DNA of 64,000 bases from a virus (lineage: Duplodnaviria > Caudoviricetes), in IMG/VR virus record IMGVR_UViG_3300037400_001617; one strand, given 5' to 3'. The notes under the pieces are model-generated. The model made no database searches. It had not been told where the DNA came from and was given only the letters and a program-made list of their open reading frames with translations. This document shows positions 1 through 9,885 of the stretch, piece by piece. The translations under genes were made by a program, and so were the position numbers. Numbering within the stretch: the first letter of the stretch is position 1; the number at the start of each line of letters is the position of its first letter.

Positions 1-1377
1 TACATTCTCTGCAGAGTTACCCATAGCAGAAGGATTGAGCAGAGTTACCTGACCATTCTCATCTGTACCAAGTACCTTGTTAGCAGCTTCAGCACCCTGA
101 TCCTTATCAACCTTACCAGCGAGTGCTTCTGCAATAGCTGAGTTCTTTACAGCATTGCTGGATGAAGGATCGATACTAGCATCATAATCTCCAAGTTCTA
201 CTTCACCAAGAGAGTTAGTCTTGAGTATCTTGTTTGCTACAGCCTCGGGGTCATCAGATGTAAAGACCTTGTTCAGTTTGTCAGCGAACTTACTGTCAAG
301 TATCTTACCCTGATTAGCAGAGAGTGCTTTAGTAGTAGATGTACTTGTAAGACTGTCTTCCACATTGTCAGCATCCATCTTAGCATCAAGAAGGTTCTGT
401 ATGATAAGCATGAGTGCTTTCATAGCAGCAAGATCAGGAATCTTACTTGTATCAACTTCGTCGCCAGTGAATGTACTTACGACATCGTTGTTCTTGTTTA
501 CATACTCGGCGAAGTTTACGTCACCTGCAGATACGATAGTGAGCCAGCTACCATTGATAAGAATGGACTGCATGAGCTTACCACTCTGTATATAGTAGAA
601 CCATATCATGTCAGCATCGATAGTGGTGCTGGTGCCGTTCTTTACATATGTGATTTTGTTAGTAGAGGAGTTATATGTAGGCTTTGCATCACACTGAATA
701 GCAGTAGTAGTTCTGAGAAGATCGATCTGCTCATCAGTGTATGCCTTAGCTTCAGTAACTCCGCCCTTTACTTTTTTGCCGACACTACCGTTAGTCTCTT
801 CATCACCGTTAAGAACAGTGATAGCTCTCTCGTTAGCAGCGACTCTTTCCTCAAGGGTAGTGTCGTCTACAGCACCTTTCAGCTCATTTATAGCACCAGA
901 GAGTGTCTGAGCTTCAGTCTGAAGAGTGTCAGAACCAACTTTGCCGTTTAAGGTCTGTATAGAAGTATGGTTAGTTCCGATAGCGGCTCTCAATTCAGCA
1001 TCGTTGTAATTCTCCAAACCATCAAGCTTTTCTTTATCGGTTTGTGAGAAGTTTACATCTGTAAGAACTTTACTGCCGTCTTTATCAACCTTACCATCAA
1101 GGAGTTCTCTTGTTTCGGTTTTGTTGAAGTAGTTTGAAAGGTCTGCACCTTCACCGCCACCATTGAACTCCCTCCACTTACCAGTTTCTGGATCAACTGT
1201 ATTGTTCTTATTGTACATATAAGCCATTCCAGTCTCTTCACAGAAAGTCATGTAAAGAGGAGGAAGATAGTTTTCTGAATATGAAGCCATTTCCGACAGA
1301 GTCTTGAAACCCTGTCTAGTGAAGTCATACTGCTTTCCCTTATAAGAGAATCCAGCAAGAATACTTATACCAGCCAT
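1..1377 (-). CDS. Fibre-like virion protein, 3' end beyond window start
   Basis: Not in the ORF track because it is truncated. ATG at 1377 follows SD AAGGAGTG and reads MAGISILAGFSYKGKQYDFTRQ...DLSNYFNKTETRELLDGKVDKDGSKVLTDVNFSQTDKEKLDGL. The KVDK..GK.L...F...K.KLDGL block is typical of phage head/tail fibre shafts. Confidence 0.65.
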   Translation of the reverse strand, partial: MAGISILAGFSYKGKQYDFTRQGFKTLSEMASYSENYLPPLYMTFCEETGMAYMYNKNNTVDPETGKWREFNGGGEGADLSNYFNKTETRELLDGKVDKDGSKVLTDVNFSQTDKEKLDGLENYNDAELRAAIGTNHTSIQTLNGKVGSDTLQTEAQTLSGAINELKGAVDDTTLEERVAANERAITVLNGDEETNGSVGKKVKGGVTEAKAYTDEQIDLLRTTTAIQCDAKPTYNSSTNKITYVKNGTSTTIDADMIWFYYIQSGKLMQSILINGSWLTIVSAGDVNFAEYVNKNNDVVSTFTGDEVDTSKIPDLAAMKALMLIIQNLLDAKMDADNVEDSLTSTSTTKALSANQGKILDSKFADKLNKVFTSDDPEAVANKILKTNSLGEVELGDYDASIDPSSSNAVKNSAIAEALAGKVDKDQGAEAANKVLGTDENGQVTLLNPSAMGNSAENV

Positions 1378-1396
1378 ATAATCTCACACTCCTTTC

Positions 1397-2308
1397 TTAG
1401 GTAAATGCCAGAGTAACTCCATCAGAAGCAGAAGGTTCGATCTGAGTATATACATAGTATTCAATACCGTCGATTGTAGTTTCTGATCTTGAGAAAGTGT
1501 CTGTATAGTTGAGGTTGTTTACGGTATCCATAACCTTAGTAATAGCTCCAAGTGACTTAGGATAAGCATAAACTACCTTGCCGAATGTCATAGATATACC
1601 AGTGTAGGTATAAGCTTTGCTTGTTTTCAAAGTCGAATTGAGATTCTTTATCTGTGCAGCAGTAGGAATACTGATGTCTGGTCCCATAGTTCCATAGAAC
1701 GACTTACCTACAAACTTAACCGATATAGAAGAAGTGCTTGTCTCAGTACCGTCTGTAACAGAAGCAGAGAAAGTACAATCAGAAGTTATAGGTATAGCAG
1801 GAGTATATGGATACTGGAAGTTACCACCACTAGCTACACCATTAGTAATAGTATTGACCACAGTTCCGTTGACGGAGAATGTGATCTTAGTGATATTCTT
1901 ACTGTTCTTCACGGCAACAGCAGACATAGTAATACTTGTTATCTTTCCAGTAGCAGCATCATACAGTGTAGCAGAAGGATTGATAGTAAGCGATATAGAA
2001 GGCTTAGTATACTTAGTGAGCATATCTCTGATGATAGTCTCAAGATATGTACCAGAAGGATAAGTCTTACCTACCTTTACATTACCGATCTCTACTTGTG
2101 ATGTGAGAGGAGTGGTGATAACAGGATCACCACCACCTCCGCCCTCACCACTGAGTCGGATACGAGTCTCGTTATCTATATCGAAGTATACGGCTCGGCC
2201 ATCTTTAGTCATAAAGTACTGACCGAGTTTCTTAGGCACTTCGTCTATGGCTTCTTGTGGTCCACAGAATGGTAAGAAGCGCCATCTCTTAGTAATTTTG
2301 TATCCCAT
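1397..2308 (-). CDS. Thr/Ser-rich beta-sandwich (Ig-like) virion fibre-associated protein
   Basis: 303 aa, SD GAGGTG, Gly linker, beta-rich; directly upstream of the fibre gene. Confidence 0.5.
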   Translation of the reverse strand: MGYKITKRWRFLPFCGPQEAIDEVPKKLGQYFMTKDGRAVYFDIDNETRIRLSGEGGGGGDPVITTPLTSQVEIGNVKVGKTYPSGTYLETIIRDMLTKYTKPSISLTINPSATLYDAATGKITSITMSAVAVKNSKNITKITFSVNGTVVNTITNGVASGGNFQYPYTPAIPITSDCTFSASVTDGTETSTSSISVKFVGKSFYGTMGPDISIPTAAQIKNLNSTLKTSKAYTYTGISMTFGKVVYAYPKSLGAITKVMDTVNNLNYTDTFSRSETTIDGIEYYVYTQIEPSASDGVTLAFT

Positions 2309-2318
2309 AGTAACACCT

Positions 2319-3125
2319 CTATTCTGTTGTTTTCTTGAGAGATGCCAGTACAGCCCAGTCTCCTCCAGAGAGTATCTTACCTACACCGAGTTTGTTGTCT
2401 GTCTGGAACTGATGGATCGCATCCATCATCTTCTGATCAGCGGTGCCATTGATATCGACATCGTAACCAAGACTCTTAAGTTTCTTCTGAGTCCACATAG
2501 TGAGCTTACCAGAATCTCCAGGTTCTATGGTAAAGTCTCTGAGATTAGTGAGTGTGACGTTACCAATGATTCCGTCTACAACGAGATCGGAATAACCCTT
2601 CTCTTTCAGTATAGTCTGCAGCTCAAGCTCAAGTGATGCAAGCTCTACAGAATCGGGGTTATAATCATCCTGACCAGGGAATACTGTACCTCTCTGGAAA
2701 GTCTCATAACCTTCATTAGTTCTTTCATTACCGAACCACCATTTGTTCTTATAGTCTTCATAACCTCTAGTATCGAGATGACAGTAGTAATCATCGATAA
2801 GAAGAATACCCTTGAAGCCGACTCTCTCTGCTGCTTCAGCAATGTCCCAAGATGAATACTTTTCACCATTCTTCTTGAATACACAAAGGTCTGCAGCTAT
2901 AGAGCCGTTCATATTGCAGTTATGTCCATCGCCTAAGAATGCACCAGGGATAGCAAGAGTAGCAGCATCACAACGATAACCGCTGCTGATCCATATCTCC
3001 TTAGCGTCCATATAAGCGAAGAGCTTTTCGAGCATAGATATCAGTAAGGTAGACGGTGTTCCTTTACCACATCCACACTTACATCTGAATTCATACGAAT
3101 CAAAGTGTTCTGATAAGTTTCCCAT
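2319..3125 (-). CDS. Peptidase M15 family endolysin with C-terminal peptidoglycan-binding domains
   Basis: LSEHF..EFRCKCGCG, SGYRC, H..AADL and HLDTRG M15A motifs; C-terminal LQ..L...GY..VDGIIG..T and AIHQFQ..NKL PG_binding_1-like repeats. Start moved to the ATG after GGAGGTG. Confidence 0.85.
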   Translation of the reverse strand: MGNLSEHFDSYEFRCKCGCGKGTPSTLLISMLEKLFAYMDAKEIWISSGYRCDAATLAIPGAFLGDGHNCNMNGSIAADLCVFKKNGEKYSSWDIAEAAERVGFKGILLIDDYYCHLDTRGYEDYKNKWWFGNERTNEGYETFQRGTVFPGQDDYNPDSVELASLELELQTILKEKGYSDLVVDGIIGNVTLTNLRDFTIEPGDSGKLTMWTQKKLKSLGYDVDINGTADQKMMDAIHQFQTDNKLGVGKILSGGDWAVLASLKKTTE

Positions 3126-3138
3126 AGTAACACCTCCA

Positions 3139-3471
3139 TTAAGGATCAACGATCTCTTCGAGTGTACGGATGTCCTTTATCATGATCTTGCAGAGCTTAG
3201 CTCTGTGATGACCATCTTCATTAGAGCAGTCGATCATGATCCAGTCAGCTTTAAGCTGACCAGCGCAGGGGTGGTTATTGCCGAAGTGGGAGTATACACC
3301 TGTTACAGTACGAAGCATATTGTCCCTTCTGTCTACAGCAATGATCTTATATTTATTACCAGGCGTCATAGATACAGTGATAGTATCCTTAGTGCCATCA
3401 TCTTTATATACATCCAGCTCTATGTCCAGATGTACAGTAGTAATTCCTTTACTTCTTATAACATACGACAT
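3139..3471 (-). CDS. Hypothetical small beta-rich protein (paralog of 3527-4195 and 12750-13172)
   Basis: Strong SD AAGGAGG; shares I.ID.S...I.I/V.DIR motif with the paralogs. Confidence 0.7.
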   Translation of the reverse strand: MSYVIRSKGITTVHLDIELDVYKDDGTKDTITVSMTPGNKYKIIAVDRRDNMLRTVTGVYSHFGNNHPCAGQLKADWIMIDCSNEDGHHRAKLCKIMIKDIRTLEEIVDP

Positions 3472-3526
3472 TAAAAGATTCCTCCTTCCAAAAGTTAAGG
3501 CTAGGGCGTTGCCACCCTAGCCATGA

Positions 3527-4195
3527 TTACGAGTCAAGATAGTCGTGGAGATCAGTACCAAGATCGCCATTCTGACCAGTGCTTGACGATTGTGTATTAT
3601 CAGTAGTAGTTCCGTCAACAGGATCACCTACATCGTGGAGATCAACGAACTCGTCTATTTCTCTCAGAATAAATGGATCTTCGATACAAACGTTACCCTG
3701 TTGAGTAGGAGTCATATGCTCAGGTCCAAGTATAGGAAGCATTCTTTCGATATTCTCAACTCTGATTCTGAGAAGCTTACTTTCGTACATATCACTAGCG
3801 TCGATTATGATCGCAGAGATAGAGATGCAGTGCGGAGCCTTCAGAATCTCCTGAACTCCTTCTACAGTCTCGAAGTCGACGATCTTGCCGACAAAGTGAC
3901 AGATACCGCGAGTGTTCGAGAAGGCATCGATTTCATAGGACACTCCAGGAACGATATCGAATCTCTGTACGTGTCCATGATGATCTGTGTATGTAGTTGA
4001 AAGACGGATAGAACCGTCTATCTTAACCCTTCCTACCTTATGAGGGGGAGGACAATAGGGATGATGACCAGGAACGATATACTGTTTAGGCGGACATGTA
4101 GGTGCAGGACAAGCAACTACTTTAGTCCAACCAGGATGTGTAGTCATATCAGGAGTATAGACTTCGTTTCCATAGGGGAAATTGTTGTTAGCCAT
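3527..4195 (-). CDS. Hypothetical protein with Pro/Cys/His-rich N-terminus and beta-rich core
   Basis: SD AAGGAGG; late-type promoter at 4222-4233. Confidence 0.7.
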   Translation of the reverse strand: MANNNFPYGNEVYTPDMTTHPGWTKVVACPAPTCPPKQYIVPGHHPYCPPPHKVGRVKIDGSIRLSTTYTDHHGHVQRFDIVPGVSYEIDAFSNTRGICHFVGKIVDFETVEGVQEILKAPHCISISAIIIDASDMYESKLLRIRVENIERMLPILGPEHMTPTQQGNVCIEDPFILREIDEFVDLHDVGDPVDGTTTDNTQSSSTGQNGDLGTDLHDYLDS

Positions 4196-4221
4196 AACTC
4201 TCCTCCTTTCGAGATTATTGT

Positions 4222-4233
4222 TAAATAGATGTT
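4222..4233 (-). promoter_or_regulatory. Late-type phage promoter AACA-N6-TA
   Basis: AACAtctattTA on the minus strand, upstream of 4195. Confidence 0.65.
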
Positions 4234-4281
4234 GAGCAAAGGAAGGGTGGTGGGAATGGACCCACCACCTAGTTTAAGGAC

Positions 4282-5298
4282 TTATGTAGGAGTATCTCCG
4301 CAGATGAACTCGATAGAGTTCAGATAGTCTTTATCCTGCATCTGAGCCGTAGTACATTCTGTTAGGTTGCTATACTGTTTACTAAAACTACCAACAGCTT
4401 TACTAAGTTTAGACGAATTGATGATATTCGTGCCACGTTCGAATTGAATACATAGATATGTATGTGAGGTTTGAGTGTGATCTGTTATATCCATGTCGAC
4501 TACATTGTATACAGAACCCCATTCTCTGTTTAATGATAATATATCTATTTGATCGCCTCTAATATGATCTATCGAGCCGATAATCTTACAGAATTGCATT
4601 TGTCCACTGTAACCAACTAAGTAATTACTATAACCAGAACTTTCGCGATGATGAGATGCTACTACGTTGAAGATACAATTCACAAACGATCCTTTTCCGT
4701 AGTTTTGATAATATAATCTTGTTCTTAAGCCTGTCGTATTCATCACGTAGTTTGTATTGAACGAACATTGATAGAAGTTCATATGTCGCTCAGTGTGATA
4801 TCCTCCATTAGCAAAACCGTGGAATGCAGTTACGTCATTATTCTGTGCATCTATACACATAGAGAACTTACATCTATAGAAGTTTATAATAGCAGTATTA
4901 TTACCTTCGCTACAATTGAACATTGATGCTTCCGATGTTGCTGCAAGGATGTACGCATTCTTTATTATAAGGTCGTATATGTATACCTCGACCTCATATG
5001 CATTAAAGAACGTTTTGTCCGATGACATTGAATCCATCATACTAAGTCCAAGTATAGTCCAGTTATTGAAGTATATATGTACTTGAGGTCTATCAGATTT
5101 ATAAGGGGGTGATTGTATGTTTATAGGGTTCCATCCAGCAGACCTAAGATCTATAACTTTAGGAGCATCATAAACCTCTGGGAAGGCTATGTACTTATAT
5201 AGGTTCACCTCATCTGCTAATGCCTCTTTAAGAGACTCTAAAGTATCTACATATACGGGGTCATCTACACTTTGACCTCCTCCTCCAAGTATAGCCAT
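4282..5298 (-). CDS. Adhesin/receptor-binding-like beta-solenoid protein, paralog 3
   Basis: Shares DP.., VIDLR, WTILG.S, CSFN, NC.FN, FCK..G blocks and the C-terminal D..(W/Y)L...F..G.(T/P)P with the two upstream genes. Confidence 0.55.
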   Translation of the reverse strand: MAILGGGGQSVDDPVYVDTLESLKEALADEVNLYKYIAFPEVYDAPKVIDLRSAGWNPINIQSPPYKSDRPQVHIYFNNWTILGLSMMDSMSSDKTFFNAYEVEVYIYDLIIKNAYILAATSEASMFNCSEGNNTAIINFYRCKFSMCIDAQNNDVTAFHGFANGGYHTERHMNFYQCSFNTNYVMNTTGLRTRLYYQNYGKGSFVNCIFNVVASHHRESSGYSNYLVGYSGQMQFCKIIGSIDHIRGDQIDILSLNREWGSVYNVVDMDITDHTQTSHTYLCIQFERGTNIINSSKLSKAVGSFSKQYSNLTECTTAQMQDKDYLNSIEFICGDTPT

Positions 5299-5331
5299 AT
5301 ATATAATTCCTCCTTTTCATGGGTATTGTTT

Positions 5332-5343
5332 TACTAGAATGTT
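5332..5343 (-). promoter_or_regulatory. Late-type phage promoter
   Basis: AACAttctagTA, next to the hairpin at 5358-5379. Confidence 0.65.
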
Positions 5344-5386
5344 CAAGCAATGAAAAGAGAGGAGGGTATTCCCTCCTCTTCTTGTC

Positions 5387-6508
5387 TTAGTCTGATGGAG
5401 GGGTTCCTATAATGAACCCTTGTTCCAATAGCCACTGTCTATCACACATCTCTTCCCTACTGGACGGATGAAGGAACGCGGCAGCGTTAGTGCTATGATA
5501 GCGATCGACTGCACCTATAACAGAATGTGGAAATATAGTTTTATGATAATGTATGATTTTAGCAGTTGCGATAGAGCTATTCGCAACGATCCTGTCAGAA
5601 TCGCTAAAACTTTGAAATGATACATTACAGTAGATGTCGAAGTCTATAACGTCCAACGTGCCACCACCATTATAATATAGAAACATGACACAGCTACTAT
5701 TATTGGGATGGTCGTAGTATATAGACCCAGTAAACTTACAGAAGTAGAAAGTTCCGAAAAATGGATATCTATACATTGCTCCAGTACTACTAGGCATAGA
5801 AGCATTTACGTCTGTCGTCTTACCTTCTATATTAAATAGACAATTGTTAAACTCAAAGTTCTTAATAGCACTAGTACCACTATCTTTACCATTACAATTA
5901 GTAAGTCTGAATGCTGCTACATATTTGAAGTTGAATGAACATGCTGTCACTCTGAATCCAGAATCTCCTACTCCTTGGCCAGTGGCAATACTAGTATTGA
6001 AAAGTGCTATATTTGTATTTGCAGATGCTATAGAAGATAAAGTGCTCAGATCCAGCACTCCAGATGCTCTAATGTTAGATATCAGAATTCTTTTTGAATC
6101 ATTTACATCGCCTACTTGTGAAAACAGACTCGAATGACCTTGTAAGTATATATTCTTGAATGTAAAGTTTTCGACATAAGAGACTACTCTACTGTATCTA
6201 AACTCCATCAATCTGCAGTCTCTTAAGCTTGCACCTAAAATGGTCCAATCGTTACCGTTGATATGAATTGGATCATATCTGAACGAAACAACTAATGCTC
6301 CGCCAGTACCATCACTTAAAAACCAGTTCCATTTTCTCATGTCGATGACTCTTTCGCTAACGGGTATTGGAACACCCTGTTGTGTTTTTGTGGCCATCTC
6401 TACGTAGATTTCCCTATCGTTTTGGCTGTTAGCACATCTATCCACCAATGAATCCCAAGTATCACATACATATGGATCTTCTCTAGTACCAGTTCCCCAA
6501 TATGCCAT
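5387..6508 (-). CDS. Adhesin/receptor-binding-like beta-solenoid protein, paralog 2
   Basis: MAYWGTGTREDPY N-terminus; INGNDWTILG; C-terminal GFIIGTPP. Confidence 0.55.
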   Translation of the reverse strand: MAYWGTGTREDPYVCDTWDSLVDRCANSQNDREIYVEMATKTQQGVPIPVSERVIDMRKWNWFLSDGTGGALVVSFRYDPIHINGNDWTILGASLRDCRLMEFRYSRVVSYVENFTFKNIYLQGHSSLFSQVGDVNDSKRILISNIRASGVLDLSTLSSIASANTNIALFNTSIATGQGVGDSGFRVTACSFNFKYVAAFRLTNCNGKDSGTSAIKNFEFNNCLFNIEGKTTDVNASMPSSTGAMYRYPFFGTFYFCKFTGSIYYDHPNNSSCVMFLYYNGGGTLDVIDFDIYCNVSFQSFSDSDRIVANSSIATAKIIHYHKTIFPHSVIGAVDRYHSTNAAAFLHPSSREEMCDRQWLLEQGFIIGTPPSD

Positions 6509-6527
6509 ACAAACACCTCCTTCTTAG

Positions 6528-7667
6528 TTAAATTGTAGGTGGAGTACCAATAACAAAGCCTTGATTCTCCAACCAGTCTTTATCTGTTAACTGAGCTCTA
6601 TCCACAGGAATCTTGAAAAGAGTGTTTCCGTAAGTTTCAATTGACATATTGTTTTTAGTTGCAGCATTGTCATATTCTATATATCGAATAGAGACCTCAC
6701 TAGCATTCTTAAGATAATGCAACAAGTGGTACGGGAAAAACCAACCAGGATTTGGTGATGAGATGTATATATCTATAACATTGAGACTACCATTGACATT
6801 GGAAATCAAATATGCATATGCACTACTGTCACTACTCTTATCAACTATAAGCTTTCCTGTGATCTTACAAAAGTAGAACACTGCAAAAAACATGTAGTAC
6901 TTATTATGATTATTTGTTCCGTTCTCATTGTCAGTTGTCGGTTTCACTTTACCCTCTATATTGAATAAGCAGTTGTTGAACTCCATTCCATCATTCCAAA
7001 CACCGCCAGTTGTTCCATAAAGAAGGCTAGCTTTGAACAGATTGATGAATTTGAAGTTGAACGAACAAGAAGTAGCCGTAGTATATCCACTTGATGTGGC
7101 TATACCAAATATAGCCGAACCACTATCTTTTATAGTAGAATAAGGATCATTGATACTATTGTCAACTACACCAGAAAACTTACAACCACTTACACTGATT
7201 CTAGTTTTGCTTGAATAGGTACAAAATAGATAACAGGAACCGTGTAAGTATACATTCTGAAAGTTCAAGTTTTTGACTTCATCGGCTCGATTTCTATGTT
7301 TAGGAACAGTACCAGTATACTTAGTGCGGCCTATATAGAACAGAATAGAGTTTCTTAAACTAAGTCCTAGGATCGTCCATCCGTTGCCCTCTATAGTTAT
7401 ATATGGCTGACTACCATTTACAGTTAATTGTATGATTCCTTGTTGTCCTAATGTCGATTTGTTGATGTCCACATACCAATCATGATGCCTCATGTCTATT
7501 ACGCGTTGTTCTGGAGGGATGAGGTTTCCGTTTTGATCGTGTGTAGGGAATTCGATATAATGTCTCTCTTCTTCATCTACCTTAGGTGCATTACACTTGT
7601 CAACGAAATTGTCCCAATCTGTTACTCTCCATGGATCTTCTAATGTTCCACTTCCCCATACTGCCAT
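6528..7667 (-). CDS. Adhesin/receptor-binding-like beta-solenoid protein, paralog 1
   Basis: MAVWGSGTLEDPW N-terminus; IEGNGWTILG; C-terminal GFVIGTPP. Confidence 0.55.
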   Translation of the reverse strand: MAVWGSGTLEDPWRVTDWDNFVDKCNAPKVDEEERHYIEFPTHDQNGNLIPPEQRVIDMRHHDWYVDINKSTLGQQGIIQLTVNGSQPYITIEGNGWTILGLSLRNSILFYIGRTKYTGTVPKHRNRADEVKNLNFQNVYLHGSCYLFCTYSSKTRISVSGCKFSGVVDNSINDPYSTIKDSGSAIFGIATSSGYTTATSCSFNFKFINLFKASLLYGTTGGVWNDGMEFNNCLFNIEGKVKPTTDNENGTNNHNKYYMFFAVFYFCKITGKLIVDKSSDSSAYAYLISNVNGSLNVIDIYISSPNPGWFFPYHLLHYLKNASEVSIRYIEYDNAATKNNMSIETYGNTLFKIPVDRAQLTDKDWLENQGFVIGTPPTI

Positions 7668-7685
7668 TTATATCTCTCCTTTCTA

Positions 7686-8558
7686 CTACACGACTACTAC
7701 AGGCTCAGGAAGCGCAACGCTATACTGTCCTGTAGAATATGGTGTTTTATATCTTAATACTACTGTCTTCTCTCCTGGAGAAGTGTTATCGAATTGTACT
7801 ACGCTGAAGTAGTCATTGTTTGCTTCGTATGTATAACTGCCATAGTCTCTACCCATAACAGTCATGTCTAAAGTTACTGACACTTTCATGCCAGCAACAT
7901 CGAAGTCTTCTCCTACATTGTATGTAGTTTTCGTTGGCATCTGTGTAACTCTCGTACTCAATGGCCAATCTTTTACTACACAGTTCTCTGGGAATGAAGT
8001 ATCAGACCTTTTACATTCAGGGTTAAGATACACTTCCAGCATAGCGGGAGTGTCCTTGAATGCCCATTGTCCGATCTCCATTACGGATGGGAAGATGATA
8101 GCTTTGTTGACTACTTGGTTGTTCATGTATGATCCGTATTCCACGAGTTCTGGAAATGCTGCATGGGTTAAGGAGCCGTCTTTGATATACCATATTCCGT
8201 TTACTTCGAGATCTATCTGTGGGATACCATGGTTAGTTAACTCTTTGGTGACTTCACCAGTGATAGGATCAACTGTCTCTTTAATGTACCAATAGCCAGG
8301 TTTATCAACATCCGAATCATCCAACTCTGGAAGTTTGGGGTTGGTGAGCGTTTTAACCGTCTCGTGAGTTTCGGGATCTTCAGCTTCTTTGATATACCAG
8401 AGTTCATTGTTCTGAAGCGATGGATCTGGTAAGTTCTCGAAGTTGTATATATTGACCAGCTCTCCGTCTATTATATACCAATGCGGGAACGACGTATCAT
8501 TCTCGTGTATTCTGTCGGGATCTACTATATCAAGTATCTCTTGTGGAGTTAATGACAT
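7686..8558 (-). CDS. Protein with four WYI(K/I) repeats, a short BspA-type LRR and a bacterial Ig-like (Big_3-type) domain
   Basis: Four WYI repeats; IFPSVMEIGQWAF (BspA LRR-like); MPTKTTYNVGEDFDVAGMKVSVT...PGEKTVVLRY (Ig-like). Confidence 0.65.
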   Translation of the reverse strand: MSLTPQEILDIVDPDRIHENDTSFPHWYIIDGELVNIYNFENLPDPSLQNNELWYIKEAEDPETHETVKTLTNPKLPELDDSDVDKPGYWYIKETVDPITGEVTKELTNHGIPQIDLEVNGIWYIKDGSLTHAAFPELVEYGSYMNNQVVNKAIIFPSVMEIGQWAFKDTPAMLEVYLNPECKRSDTSFPENCVVKDWPLSTRVTQMPTKTTYNVGEDFDVAGMKVSVTLDMTVMGRDYGSYTYEANNDYFSVVQFDNTSPGEKTVVLRYKTPYSTGQYSVALPEPVVVV

Positions 8559-8581
8559 CAGGTTATCCTCCTTTCTTAGAT

Positions 8582-8626
8582 TATAGAAATGTTCAGGTGC
8601 TCAAATAGTGGTGAAACATCTGAGTA
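8582..8626. promoter_or_regulatory. Back-to-back late-type promoters
   Basis: AACAtttctaTA (minus, 8582-8593) and AACAtctgagTA (plus, 8615-8626) between divergent genes. Confidence 0.7.
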
Positions 8627-8657
8627 ATATAAGACACCTTGAAAGGAGTGTTGATTT

Positions 8658-9440
8658 ATGCCAATGAATAAGATGAGACTTCTTCTTGATAAGATAGAAA
8701 GAAGACTCGGTACAAGACCTCTTAACCTTCCTAAGGGAGAGGGAATCGATAAAGACTCTTGGGCTGAATGTATTATCAAGCCAGATACACTGGTAACATT
8801 CTCTCGCTTCTTTCCGCATGAAGTTCGCATCATGATAAATGCGAGTCCCGAGAACAAGAGAGACGGCTACTATATGATCGACAGTTCATTAGTAGGAGGA
8901 GTAGAGATCCTGGGAGTAAAGGATATAGCTTGGGATGTCTACGGAAACGATGGACTTGTCCAGCAGTCTGGTATCGGTATGTATGACTATCTCGGAGCAT
9001 ACAATAACTACAGTATGGATGACGTTATGCTGCTGCAGGCTAGAGCAGATATGACATCTGTATTCAACAACAGTATCTTCGTGGAGTTCAAAGAGCCTAA
9101 CATGGTCAAGCTGTCTTCTGTAACTAACGGCGATATCACTGGAGGTCTGAAGGATATTCCTATAGATATCTTCGTTCCACATCCAGACAATCTGATGACT
9201 ATATCTCCTACAATGATGGAGACGTTTGAAAGGTTGGCTATAGATGATGTAGCAAATACACTGGTAGCCTTCTTGAATAACTACTCAGATCTCGAGACAG
9301 TGTTTGCAAGTGTAGACATCAACAAGGTTATGAGTAGACTCGAACAGTTCGCTGCGGATAGAGATGACTGTGTAAGGTATCTTGATGAGACTCATGTCTC
9401 TGCAGCAAACACTAACCAGCCTCTGCTGTACTGTGTATAA
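8658..9440 (+). CDS. Putative neck/head-tail adaptor protein (T4 gp13-like)
   Basis: N-terminal LLDKIERRLG resembles the gp13-type L..I.RRLG motif; 260 aa; late-type promoter. Confidence 0.45.
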   Translation: MPMNKMRLLLDKIERRLGTRPLNLPKGEGIDKDSWAECIIKPDTLVTFSRFFPHEVRIMINASPENKRDGYYMIDSSLVGGVEILGVKDIAWDVYGNDGLVQQSGIGMYDYLGAYNNYSMDDVMLLQARADMTSVFNNSIFVEFKEPNMVKLSSVTNGDITGGLKDIPIDIFVPHPDNLMTISPTMMETFERLAIDDVANTLVAFLNNYSDLETVFASVDINKVMSRLEQFAADRDDCVRYLDETHVSAANTNQPLLYCV

Positions 9441-9473
9441 GAAAAAAGAAAGAATGTAGTGAAAGAGATAGAT

Positions 9474-9498
9474 GGGTGAGTGGAAGAACCACTCACCC
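9474..9498. terminator. Hairpin between convergent genes
   Basis: GGGTGAGTGG-aagaa-CCACTCACCC, flanked by A/T-rich tracts. Confidence 0.7.
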
Positions 9499-9513
9499 TT
9501 ATCTTTTGAGATA

Positions 9514-9858
9514 TTAGTCCCAGCCGTAGCGATGTGCTCTACGGCGGTCTGCTTCAGCTCTTCTGCGCTGCTTATCGCTAGCGCAAGTCCTTACTAATCT
9601 GTAAGGGTAGGTGTTTGTTGGAGTCTGTACTACTACATAGTAGTACTCTTCATTTACCATTCTTACCCCGCCAGGAATATTTTCCTTAACTTCATCAGGA
9701 AGGTCTGCTCCAGACACTATAGTTAATTCAGAAATAGGCTCTTCGCCTGTAAATTCTGTCTCGTGTCTGAGGGTTCTTCCGAACCTTCTTGCCTCTTCAT
9801 CGGAGATAACTGCCTCTCTCCAGTCTGTGGTTGTAATGTAGTTAATATGATTAATCAT
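9514..9858 (-). CDS. Orphan protein (114 aa) with Arg-rich C-terminus
   Basis: Start re-assigned to the ATG at 9858 after SD GAAAGGAG; the upstream part of the track ORF is structured leader. Confidence 0.65.
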   Translation of the reverse strand: MINHINYITTTDWREAVISDEEARRFGRTLRHETEFTGEEPISELTIVSGADLPDEVKENIPGGVRMVNEEYYYVVVQTPTNTYPYRLVRTCASDKQRRRAEADRRRAHRYGWD

Positions 9859-9885
9859 ATGAACTCTCCTTTCATATAAAATGAT

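Noticed and set aside
2303-3136. Identical 17-nt stretch (tcccatagtaacacctc) at two gene starts
   Set aside because: Explained by a shared SD-spacer-ATG-GGA initiation context; only two copies.
4282-7667. DGR or invertible shufflon explanation for the three paralogs
   Set aside because: No reverse transcriptase or recombinase in the window, all copies are co-oriented and full-length, and I saw no near-identical or adenine-only-variant repeat pair.
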